64,000 nt of DNA from Luteitalea sp. (lineage in GTDB: Bacteria; Acidobacteriota; Vicinamibacteria; Vicinamibacterales; CAVVIG01), in the NCBI GenBank assembly GCA_009380045.1, contig WHSN01000004.1:1456-65455 (forward strand), given 5' to 3'. Every line of letters starts with the position of its first letter. Position 1 is the stretch's first letter. The position numbers and the translations under genes are program-made. The notes below the pieces were generated by a model. It had not been told where the DNA came from. It worked only from the letters and a program-made list of their open reading frames with translations, and made no database searches. Shown in pieces: positions 37,387 to 46,518 of the stretch.

Positions 37387-40281
37387 TCAGAAGGCGGCGC
37401 GGAATCCCAGCTGTAAGCTGCGTGGCTGGTAGGCCACGTTCAGGTTCTGCGTCGGCTGCCCGAAGCTGGCGTTGCTCTCGTTCAGCACGATGCTGCCGTA
37501 GTTGGCTCGATTGAAGACGTTGAAGACTTCGACAATGCCGTCGATCTTCATCCGCCCGACTCGGAAGCGTTTCTGCAGGCGCATGTCCACCCTCTGGATC
37601 GACGGCAGGTCGAAGCTGTTACGCGCGATCAGCGATCCGTCGGCTCGCACCCGACCGCCCGATCCGCCGGTTGCCAACGCATCCACGCCGGAGGTCGGCG
37701 TCGCGTACCCGTTGTCACCGAAGAGATAGAGGCCGCTCACCTGGACACCCGCGCCAATCTCCCAGATGCCGTTGAGGGTCACGCGATGCCGCTGGTCGCC
37801 GGTCAGGTACCACTCGTCGGCCAACGACGGATGCAGCTGGAACGGGACGTCGCACACCGGCGTGCCGTCAGCGCCCAGGGTGGTCGGATACTCGCAGCCC
37901 ACGGGAATCGGCGCCCTCTGGTGGTCCCACTGGGCGGAGAGTAGATACGTGGCCTGCGCCTGCCACCGATGACTCGACCGTTTCGTGAAGGCCATCTGCA
38001 GGCCGTGATAATTGGACTCCCCGATCGATCGGCGGTTGTTCACCGGGCCCCATTCGGGATACGGCAGTTTGCTGATGTCCGTAAACGGATAGTTCACCCC
38101 AGTCGCGGGGTCATAGGCCAGGTTCACGTTCAGGGCGTTATCGTTCTGGGCGCGACTGCCGGTGTAGACGTAGTCGGCCTCCAGTGCCATGCCGCCGCCG
38201 AGCTCCTGTTGCACACCCACCGAGGCCTGATTGCTGTACGGAATCTCGTTGTAGGGCGACGCAAACGTGCCGATGCTCCGCCGTAGACAATTCGGCCCAG
38301 GCGCCACCGTGCACAGGGTCGCCGCCACCTGCTCGTAGGTCGGGATCGGACCGTTGAACGGGTTCGCGGCAAAGTCCGGCCGACCGTCGTTCAGGATCTG
38401 GGGATGAAGCGAGCCCACGGCGAGGCGTGTCCAGTACGCCGTGTGCGAGCCCGGGTCCGAGAAGAAGCGCCCGCCGCCTCCCCGCAGCACGGTCGTATCC
38501 GTCAAGCTGAAGACTGCCCCGAGTCGCGGCGCGATGTTGTTGGTGTCGTTCGGCCGGCCCGGCTTGAGAAAGGGCTCGAGGCCGATGGTCTCCGCATACA
38601 CGCCGGTTTCGAAATCGTAGCGGACGCCGAGGTTCACCGTGAATCGCGACCCGACCCGCCAGTCGTCCTGAACCCACCCGGCGAAGATATTGAGCGGCGC
38701 ATACTGCTGCATCTGGCCGACACCGAGGGTATAACTGCGCACCACGGGAGAGATCCCGGCCAGATTCCACGTCGACACATCGTTCCACACCGGGAACAAC
38801 TGCTCGAGGTCCGCCGGCGCCGGCCCGCCCGACGCGTCGTAGATCCCCATGCAACGGTTGCAGAGGAACACCGGATTCTGCTGGTAGGCGTACTCGGCCC
38901 CGACCCTCACGTCGTGACGGCCCGCCTTGTCGAACGAGAGACTCAGGTTGTCGCGGAACGACACCGTCCACTGGCGCTCGTCCTCGTGGGAATTGGTATG
39001 CGCCTGGCCGACGGTGTAGCCGCGCAACTGGATGATCGGCGTGCCATAGTCGAGGGTCGGATACGGATGATCGGGCCACGGGACGATCGATTGCTGAATC
39101 CAGTAGTAGCTGGCGTAGCTGCCGCGAAGCTCGTTGACGGCCGACCCGCCCAACACCTTCGTGAGCGTCGCACTCGTATCGCCGCTGTGCCGCTGGGTCG
39201 TGATGGCCGACGACGGATGGCGAGCGGCGCCGCCCGTATACCTGGCATCGTAGGGCATCCGCACTTTCGACATGTTGCCCCGGACGCTCAGCCGGGTCTG
39301 GGGCGTGAACTGCATGTCGCCGCGGCCAAGCCCCTTCTTCTCGGTCCGGGTCCCGCGATGATCGAAGTTGAAGCTGTTCCATTGACTCGAGTGGATGAAG
39401 GTCTGCGGCTCGAGCTCGTGCTCGTAGTTGGCAAAGAAGTGCAGCCGATCTTTCAGGATCGGCCCGCCGAAGGTCCCGGCCCACTGGGAGTCCGAGTAGG
39501 GAATCACCCGGCTGGCCACGAAGTCTTTCGCGATGAACCGGTCGTCACGGAAGTATCCCGAAAAGGTCCCGGCGAACACATTCGTGCCGGACTTCGTGAT
39601 CGCGTTGACGAGGGTGCCAGACGAGCCGCCTTGCGTCGCATCGAACCGATTGGTGATGTACTCGAATTCAGCGATCGCGTCCTTGCTGTACTTCGGCTGG
39701 CCGAAATTCGCGGTCTGATTCTGCGTGACCCGGACACCGTCGACATTGAGCTGGTACGTCCCCGATGCGCCGAGCTCATCGGTCGAGGCGTTCTGTCGAC
39801 TCCCCGCCGCCAGCATCGTGAGATCGACAAAATTACGACCGTTGAGCGGCAACTCCTGCATCTGCCGTTGGTCGACGTTGCCACCGACAGTCGAGATGAT
39901 GCGGTCGAGGAACGGCGCGGCACCGGTCACTGTCACCGCCTCTTCGAGCGCCGCCGGCGCCATCTCCAACTCCACAGCGACGGTCTGTCCCACCAGCAGC
40001 TCGATCTCCTTCCTCACCGGCGCGAACCCAGACAGTTCCGCCGTGAGCGTCAACGTCCCGGTGCGAACCGGGAACCGAAACATCCCCCGTTGGTCCGTGA
40101 CCGCCAGAAAGGTATTCCCCGATGCCGTATGCAAGCCGGTGATGGTGACACCGGGCAACGCGCCGCCCGTCGAATCGGTCAGCGTGCCGGTCACGACCGC
40201 TTCCTGCGCGAATGCACGGCCCTCTGAGACGACAATCGAGCCGACGATGATTAGTAGCCTGAGGCTGCGCCGAGTCCACAT
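37387..40281 (-). CDS. TonB-dependent receptor with CarboxypepD_reg N-terminus (second subfamily, paralog of 1..1818)
   Basis: SD AGGAGGAG. VVTGTLTDSTGGALPGVTITG, NVDQRQMQELPLNGRNFVDL. Ends ...SLQLGFRAAF. Confidence 0.9.
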   Translation of the reverse strand: MWTRRSLRLLIIVGSIVVSEGRAFAQEAVVTGTLTDSTGGALPGVTITGLHTASGNTFLAVTDQRGMFRFPVRTGTLTLTAELSGFAPVRKEIELLVGQTVAVELEMAPAALEEAVTVTGAAPFLDRIISTVGGNVDQRQMQELPLNGRNFVDLTMLAAGSRQNASTDELGASGTYQLNVDGVRVTQNQTANFGQPKYSKDAIAEFEYITNRFDATQGGSSGTLVNAITKSGTNVFAGTFSGYFRDDRFIAKDFVASRVIPYSDSQWAGTFGGPILKDRLHFFANYEHELEPQTFIHSSQWNSFNFDHRGTRTEKKGLGRGDMQFTPQTRLSVRGNMSKVRMPYDARYTGGAARHPSSAITTQRHSGDTSATLTKVLGGSAVNELRGSYASYYWIQQSIVPWPDHPYPTLDYGTPIIQLRGYTVGQAHTNSHEDERQWTVSFRDNLSLSFDKAGRHDVRVGAEYAYQQNPVFLCNRCMGIYDASGGPAPADLEQLFPVWNDVSTWNLAGISPVVRSYTLGVGQMQQYAPLNIFAGWVQDDWRVGSRFTVNLGVRYDFETGVYAETIGLEPFLKPGRPNDTNNIAPRLGAVFSLTDTTVLRGGGGRFFSDPGSHTAYWTRLAVGSLHPQILNDGRPDFAANPFNGPIPTYEQVAATLCTVAPGPNCLRRSIGTFASPYNEIPYSNQASVGVQQELGGGMALEADYVYTGSRAQNDNALNVNLAYDPATGVNYPFTDISKLPYPEWGPVNNRRSIGESNYHGLQMAFTKRSSHRWQAQATYLLSAQWDHQRAPIPVGCEYPTTLGADGTPVCDVPFQLHPSLADEWYLTGDQRHRVTLNGIWEIGAGVQVSGLYLFGDNGYATPTSGVDALATGGSGGRVRADGSLIARNSFDLPSIQRVDMRLQKRFRVGRMKIDGIVEVFNVFNRANYGSIVLNESNASFGQPTQNLNVAYQPRSLQLGFRAAF

Positions 40282-40494
40282 GGATTCTCCTCCTGTCGTG
40301 AGATCCGTTCTCACGGTGGGCCGATCTGATTACTTGTTTCGGGAACGCTACCCGCCCGAATCCGAGCGGTTCACACAACTTGCCGGTAGTCGCGCCGGTT
40401 GACTCCGGATCTACCAGACCGCGCTCCGCCCCTGTCTACGCCGCGGTGAGCCACGACGGTTCCGGCTCGAAGCAGGCGGAAGCAGTCGCGATTG

Positions 40495-42909
40495 TCAGCG
40501 CGCCGACGCGTCGTGGGGCGACGGGGTCAGCGGCGGAAATGCCGGCGGGGCCACGCGGCGCTTCGACGCATTCTGGTAGGCCGACGCGACCTTCAGAATC
40601 AGATCCTCTTTGCCGATCTCGGCCCTGAAGACGAGCGAAAACGGCAGCCCGGGCGCGGGAAGCTCGGTCGGCGTGTCGCTGTTGACCGAGTCGTAGCTCT
40701 TTCGGTCGGCGCTCAGCTTGAAGATCGGATCGAAGGCGAGGCGGACGTAGCCCGCCGGCACCAGCACCTCGGTCTCCCCCGCGTTGGGGCCGAAGGCTGA
40801 TTCGTTGCCGACGGTATCGACGACCGACGCCCCGCCGATCTTGGCTGGTGGCAGCGGTGTGTGGAGGCGGACGAGCGCGTCCAGGTGGTTCTCGTAGATC
40901 ACCATCTGATCGACGCGGCGAAGCAACTCCCTGAGCATGATGCGCTCGTCGATTCCCTGGCGCTCGGTGACCGGGTTGCGGATGTCGGTGGTTTCCTCCC
41001 AGTTCTTGAACGCGGCGCGCTGATCATCGCCCCAGAACTTCGACCGGGCGTTCAGCGTCGGGAAGTCCACGAGGGTTTCGGTGAACCCGAGCGCCTTCCA
41101 GTCGGCAGCTCGCCGGGTCGCGTACTGCACGAAGTGGAAACGGAACGCCTTCGATCCCGCCTGCTGCTGAACCGTCCGAATGTTCAGGTTCGATGGCGGC
41201 GGCACCTGCCCTTCGGCCAGGGCCACCATGTAGTCGGCGGGCGTCATCGTACCGGTCCCGAACGTCTTGCCGGGCGCGAACTCGGTTCGCTTGATCGCCG
41301 CGGCGACATCCGGGAACACCGGCTGGCCATCGCGGTTGACCCTGAACAGAATGTCGGGCATGAACACGGGGATGAGCTTCGTGAGCGCCCGCGTATACGA
41401 CGTCGTCATGTTCTCGATGTCAGGATCGTCTGTGAAGAGCGGATCCGACGACTCGACTAGCGTGGCTCCAAGCCTGGCGCCGATCACGCTCTTGATTTCG
41501 GCCGCCGCCGCGGCGACGATCGGTTCGGTTGCCCGCGCCCCGGGACTCGAGGCCATCGATTCGCGAATGATGCCGAGGCGCATGCCTTTGAGCGATCCCG
41601 GTGCGCCTGATTCGGCGGCGCTCGCGGCGTACGGCGTGCTCAACACCGCTGATCGCGGTATCGTCGTGAACACATCCCGGGAATCGTAGTAGCCCTCCAG
41701 GGGATCCTTGAGTGCGTCGAGCACCTTCGCCGAATCGATGACCGACTTGCAGACAATTCCGGTGCGGTCGTTGTGGATGTCTGAGCCGATCGCGCCTCCG
41801 TGGAACGAGATCAGGGCCTTCTGCGGCAGGATCAACGCCACCGAGTTGTGATTGGAGGGACCGCGACAGGATGCGCGAGTCTCCTCGCACAAGCTGCAGG
41901 TCACCAGGTTGGTGCTGACCGACACGCCCGAGCCGGAGCTCGACCCGAGCGAGGCGGCGCGGGTCGTGTCGTACGGATTGGACGGATTGCCGGCCCAGGT
42001 GCTGCGCTGATGTCCCAGGGTTGAGACGAGCACTTTCGTCGGCTCGTTCTTCCCTCCGGGATTCCCCGCCCGGCCGTTGTACTCTGTCGTGTTCGCCTTG
42101 GCGTAGATGATCGCCCCCTTGGCCCTCAACTGTGCGACAAGCGTGTGGTCGCGGGCGGGAAAGTCCATGTCGTAGCGCGCGTCGCCGCCCCCGGTCGATC
42201 GCATGTCCCTTGTGTCGAAGGGATCCTTGAACGAAAAGGGAATGCAGTACATCGGCAACGCCTCGAGGTCTGGATTCCTGCCGAACGTGGTGTCGAGCTC
42301 CGCGGCACGCTCCAACGCGTCGGGCTGCTTCCGGAACTCCTCGCACACCGGCGGCGCGCCAGCGGCGAGCGCGCCCGCTGACCGCGCCTTGTCGAAATCT
42401 CCCTTGCAGGTCACCGATCGTTCGCCGCGCAGATTGATCATGCCGAGCGTGTTCACCTGGCCGGCGCTCGGAAGGCCAACCGTCATGCCGTACTGCTGCT
42501 GTACCGAAGGATCGGACGCCGTCGGCTCCATTCGCCCCCACTCGAGCGGCGGGCCGCTGTACTGATCGAGATCTGGAAGCAGTGTCGAAGCCTTCACCGT
42601 CATGGTGGGGAACTCGAGTGGCGCTCCCGCCCTCACCTGGCCTGGCGCAGGTGGAATCGGCGCACCGTCGGGGGTCACCAGGGCATTGGAGACGCCGTTG
42701 TACGCCTTTGCCCGGTTCAAGTAGGCTTGCACGACTCCGACACAGGTGGTCTGCCCCTGCTGGATCGCGCGCTGGATATCTGCGATCGTCGCCTCTTCGA
42801 CATGGAAGGGCGCCTGCGCGGCTGGCCCGGCGACGAAAACGCTCGCCGCGCCAGCGAGAGCGAGGCTGCCGCTCAGGACGCACACACTCGTTGCGATTCT
42901 CTTTTTCAT
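40495..42909 (-). CDS. Secreted amidase-signature family enzyme with ~300 aa C-terminal extension
   Basis: Signal peptide MKKRIATSVCVLSGSLALAGA. IPFSFKDPFDT. Ser-rich signature ASLGSSSGSGVSVS. SD GGGAGGA. Confidence 0.8.
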   Translation of the reverse strand: MKKRIATSVCVLSGSLALAGAASVFVAGPAAQAPFHVEEATIADIQRAIQQGQTTCVGVVQAYLNRAKAYNGVSNALVTPDGAPIPPAPGQVRAGAPLEFPTMTVKASTLLPDLDQYSGPPLEWGRMEPTASDPSVQQQYGMTVGLPSAGQVNTLGMINLRGERSVTCKGDFDKARSAGALAAGAPPVCEEFRKQPDALERAAELDTTFGRNPDLEALPMYCIPFSFKDPFDTRDMRSTGGGDARYDMDFPARDHTLVAQLRAKGAIIYAKANTTEYNGRAGNPGGKNEPTKVLVSTLGHQRSTWAGNPSNPYDTTRAASLGSSSGSGVSVSTNLVTCSLCEETRASCRGPSNHNSVALILPQKALISFHGGAIGSDIHNDRTGIVCKSVIDSAKVLDALKDPLEGYYDSRDVFTTIPRSAVLSTPYAASAAESGAPGSLKGMRLGIIRESMASSPGARATEPIVAAAAAEIKSVIGARLGATLVESSDPLFTDDPDIENMTTSYTRALTKLIPVFMPDILFRVNRDGQPVFPDVAAAIKRTEFAPGKTFGTGTMTPADYMVALAEGQVPPPSNLNIRTVQQQAGSKAFRFHFVQYATRRAADWKALGFTETLVDFPTLNARSKFWGDDQRAAFKNWEETTDIRNPVTERQGIDERIMLRELLRRVDQMVIYENHLDALVRLHTPLPPAKIGGASVVDTVGNESAFGPNAGETEVLVPAGYVRLAFDPIFKLSADRKSYDSVNSDTPTELPAPGLPFSLVFRAEIGKEDLILKVASAYQNASKRRVAPPAFPPLTPSPHDASAR

Positions 42910-43399
42910 TCCGTCCTCCCCCGAAACCCTTCGCGCCGACGCTCCCGACATTCACTGTAGACAGCCGCGGCGAAGCCGAAGCGCACCCACACCGGTTGCA
43001 TCGGTGACTTTTCGAGCTTCCTTCCTGATCCGAAACGTCCCTGTGAATCTGCTCACGACGGAGCAAGCCGCATGCCTTCGGCGCTACGGCGCGGACATCA
43101 GCGCGTTCAGCCAGGGAATTCGCGAGGCTGCCGCGCAACCGTCGGTACGCCGGGCATCCTGATCAATGGAAGGGAACAAGTGTGTGAGGTTTTCGCGCGC
43201 TGTTACGACGGCTTCGTCGGAACTCTGTCGATCAAGCCGCAGGAGACACATCATCGACTGTGATTCTCTTTCAATCGTTCGGAATTCGACCGATTGGTTC
43301 ATGTCTCCCCACTCCGCGAGACATCAGAACGCCCGGTCGCCGGCGACACTCTTGTTGCTCATGTCGAACCGCGTCGTGCGAACCGTGTCGTGCGGCAGA

Positions 43400-44477
43400 T
43401 CTCCTGGCGCCGTCGATGGCTTCAACCTTCGGCCCACCGGCTGCATCGCGATAGAAAGAGGATCATTTCCTGGTTCACTGCCGCGCAGCGTCAGCCGCAG
43501 CGAGGGCCATCGCGCTCCCGTACGTCCAGAGTCGCACACGGTGTGGAGCTTCTGGCCAGCGGGGCTCTATCAGGCCACCTGGAGGGCGCCGATGACCAGC
43601 CGGTTCCTGCTCGATGCCGGCGCGTCACTGACGAGAAACGATTTTCCGGGCTCCCACACGCGATCGCCTGGCGTCTTCGGATTCACCGTGCCGTTGGACA
43701 ACCCGTCGATCCTGGAGACATCGACCGGCTTTCGCTACAACGCGAGGTTCACTTACAGCCCGATTCACATTCAGTATCGCGTCGTCGAACGGTTCTCGGC
43801 CTCTTATGTCACCGGTTCGCATGCGTTCAAGGCGGGGTTTCAATGGCAGCAGGGCTACTACGATGTCGAATCGTGGGTGAATAGCGACAGCCGCAATGCC
43901 GCCTGTCTGAGATGTCCTGTCCGGTACCAGTTCTTGAACGGCGTGCCCCTCCAGGTCGAGCAGACGGCGACACCACATCCTCAAGAGAACCGAATCAAGG
44001 CGGATCTCGGGATCTTCGTCCAGGATCAGTGGGCGATGCGGCGTCTGACGCTCAATTACGGCTTGCGGCTCGACTACTTCAACTCGTACGTACCTGCCCA
44101 ACAGATCCCTGCGACGCCGTGGGGATGGATTCCCGAGCGCAACTTCGCGCCCGTCAGCGGGGTGCCGGAATGGACGGACCTGAATCCCCTGGTCGGTGCG
44201 TCATACGACCTGTTCGGCAACGGCCGGACCGCCATGAAGATGTCCTTCGGCCGGTACGTCGGTGTCCTGGGGACCGATGTCGCCAGCGCGAACAACCCGA
44301 TCAACACGTCGGTCAATGCCGTCCTGCGAACGTGGAACGACACCAATCAACGACAGCTCCGTCATCACGCTCAACAACAATTACGGATCGCGGTGGGTCA
44401 CACCGCTGTCGACGGCCGTGGGCAGCGGGTTTCTGGAGGGCCGCCTGGTCCAGTTTGGCGGCCAACTGACGTTTTAG
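43400..44477 (+). pseudogene. Relic of a CarboxypepD_reg-type TonB-dependent receptor (N-terminal ~40 percent missing, internal deletion, frame breaks)
   Basis: YQATWRAPMTSRFLLDAGASLTRNDF...SASYVTGSHAFKAGFQWQQG...IFVQDQWAMRRLTLNYGLRLDYF...LFGNGRTAMKMSFGRYV...RTWNDTN aligns by eye with the middle of 46519..49545 and 24026..27004. In another frame the last codons read NDSSVITLNNNYGSRW...GRLVQFGGQLTF*, the TBDR C-terminus. The left boundary (43400-43540) is approximate. Confidence 0.75.
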
Positions 44478-44544
44478 TCTAGACTCGCCTGAGGGTTCCG
44501 GGAGCGGCGATTGACAGACATCGTTTCTCCGGAATCAGCCTCAC

Positions 44545-45612
44545 ATGCCGCAACGACTCGGCCACACGAGGAGGTGTCAGGTGCGATATCTAAGTTCGGT
44601 ATGGCGGTACGTGCCGGCGTCGGTCGTCGCGGGCGGGTTACTCGCGGCGGTCGCGGCGGCAGGCCAGACGGCTGGCGCCGGGGCGACGACACCGCGGCGC
44701 ACGGCGTGGGGTCACCCCGACCTGCAGGGTATCTACAACTTCAACACGAACACGCCGCTGGAGCGCCCTCGCGAGATGGGAACGCGGCGGCTTCTGACGG
44801 CCGAGGAAATGGTCGCGCGTGAAGAGGGGGCACGGCGGTTCCTCACGGACGTTCCACCCCGAGACGGCGATCCGGGCACGTACAACAGGTTCTGGAACGA
44901 TCAGCCGAAAGTGGACCGGCGAACGTCAATGATCGTGGACCCGCCGGATGGCGCCCTTCCGCCACTCACTCCCGCGGCGCAGAAGTTCCAGACGGCGCTG
45001 AAAGAGGCCCGGCAGGATGTGGACGACGATTCCCCGACGCCGGGAGGGTGGGTTACCGAGATAGGGCCACACGGTCTGAGCGTACGCTGCATCGTCGGCT
45101 TCAACGCCGGCCCACCGATGACCGGCCGGAGCTACAACGCGAACGTGCAGGTGCTGCAGACCCCCGAGTATGTGATGTTGCTGAACGAGATGATCCACAA
45201 CGTCCGCATCATCCCGCTCGATGGGCGCCCCCACCTGCCATCGGCGATCCGCCAGTGGACCGGGGATTCGCGCGGCCGCTGGGAGGGTCAGACCCTCGTC
45301 GTCGAGACGACCAACTTCGCCGGGACGGTATCGGACTTCACCAACGATCGGCCGGCCGGCCCTAACATGCGGTTGATCGAGCGTTTCACCCGCACCGACT
45401 CCAATACCCTCCTCTACCAGTTCACGGTCGAGGACCCGTCGTGGTACACGCGAAGCTGGACGGCCGAGATCGACATGATCAGGACGGAACAGCCACTCTA
45501 CGAGTATGCGTGTCACGAGGGGAACCAATCGGTTCCGAACATCCTGGCCGGCGCCCGCGCCATCGAGAATGCTGGAGCGAAGACCCCAACCAGGAAGACC
45601 GCAGTGAAGTAG
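44545..45612 (+). CDS. Conserved hypothetical exported protein
   Basis: Hydrophobic N-terminus (VVAGGLLAAVAAAGQ), WGHPDLQGIYNF, balanced composition, C-terminal LYEYACHEGNQSVPNILAGARA. Family not recognised by name. Confidence 0.65.
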   Translation: MPQRLGHTRRCQVRYLSSVWRYVPASVVAGGLLAAVAAAGQTAGAGATTPRRTAWGHPDLQGIYNFNTNTPLERPREMGTRRLLTAEEMVAREEGARRFLTDVPPRDGDPGTYNRFWNDQPKVDRRTSMIVDPPDGALPPLTPAAQKFQTALKEARQDVDDDSPTPGGWVTEIGPHGLSVRCIVGFNAGPPMTGRSYNANVQVLQTPEYVMLLNEMIHNVRIIPLDGRPHLPSAIRQWTGDSRGRWEGQTLVVETTNFAGTVSDFTNDRPAGPNMRLIERFTRTDSNTLLYQFTVEDPSWYTRSWTAEIDMIRTEQPLYEYACHEGNQSVPNILAGARAIENAGAKTPTRKTAVK

Positions 45613-45614
45613 CC

Positions 45615-46320
45615 GCCGCGAACGCCACGCGAGAGTCTTCGACTGCGCAAGTGCCTGCTGGAGACGGTGGTGGACGTGGGCGGCCACCAGGCTACGAGGA
45701 TGATCGATTCGGAGCAGCCGAGACCGGCGTAACAGATGCGCGAGACCCGTTTGATGATCGGCGTGCACGAAGCGGCGGTACGGTGCCCAGCCATAGCGTC
45801 CGAGTACGCCCGCGAACTCTTCGCCGAGGATTGTGGCGGCATCCCCAAACCCGCGGCCGGGTCGAATCGCGTAGACGGTCGTGTCGGCGGTGACGAACGC
45901 CCAGAGCCAATGCAGCGAGCCCGCGACCTTCCAGCCCGTCTCGTCGGGACTCACGACCGGACTGCCGCGGACCTGGGCACACCGCGCGTGATACGTCGGG
46001 GTGGCGCGCGCCGCCGTGCGGCACAGACATGCACCGGGGCCCCGCGCGTCACGCGGATGCCGAAGCGATCGCGCAGCGGCGTGACGACGTGCGCGAGCGG
46101 CAGGTCGAAGCCCTTATGCAGGACGATGATCAGGGCCGCCGCTTCGGGGCCCGCCCGGCGCGCGGCGTCGAGCTGATCCTCGAGCCGCTCGTTGCGCCGC
46201 TTCAGTCAGTCGGTCCCGCTCGGAACGCGTCAATGCATCGCGCAACCGCGCAATCTCTTCTTGCTGTTGCTTGATCCGTGCGGCGTGGTCGTCCGGCGGC
46301 GGCGTGCGCACATCGGGCAC
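45615..46320 (-). mobile_element. Degenerate IS66-family transposase gene (frame-shifted, internally deleted, 3'-truncated); no intact element
   Basis: Hand translation across three minus frames gives MPDVRTPPPDDHAARIKQQQEEIARLRDAL, then LKRRNERLEDQLDAARRAGPEAAALIIVLHKGFDLPLAHVVTPLRDRFGIRVTRGAPV, then TAARATPTYHARCAQVRGSPVVSPDETGWKVAGSLHWLWAFVTADTTVYAIRPGRGFGDAATILGEEFAGVLGRYGWAPYRRFVHADHQTGLAHLLRR. The DETGW..WLW.F...Y.I...RG / GW..Y / HQ..LAHLLRR pattern is the DDE_Tnp_IS66 core as I remember it. Confidence 0.7.
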
Positions 46321-46346
46321 GCGGTAGTTATGCCAGACGGGCGGAA

Positions 46347-46362
46347 TTTGTACAAGTACAAA
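46347..46362. promoter_or_regulatory. AT-rich perfect palindrome TTTGTAC-AA-GTACAAA between the IS66 relic and the TBDR
   Basis: Read directly. About 155 nt upstream of the TBDR ATG (46519) and about 27 nt beyond the transposase relic start. Confidence 0.35.
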
Positions 46363-46518
46363 ATATTGGATCCACGCCGCTCACGCGCGGGGACCCGTTA
46401 AACGAGGTGGCCTTTTCCTCTCCGGCGTGAGCTATACTCCGCCAAATCAATAGTCCAGGTAGCCTGGGGTCCTCGACGTCGCAGACCGTTTTTCGGAGTC
46501 GTCAATGGAGGTTTCCCA

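Noticed and set aside
43084-43539. Minus-strand ORFs 43084..43302 and 43324..43539 (the latter ending ...RFDMSNKSVAGDRAF) as real genes or an OMP C-terminus.
   Set aside because: No start context and no recognisable family. They overlap the degraded 5' part of the TBDR relic, and the terminal Phe alone is not evidence.
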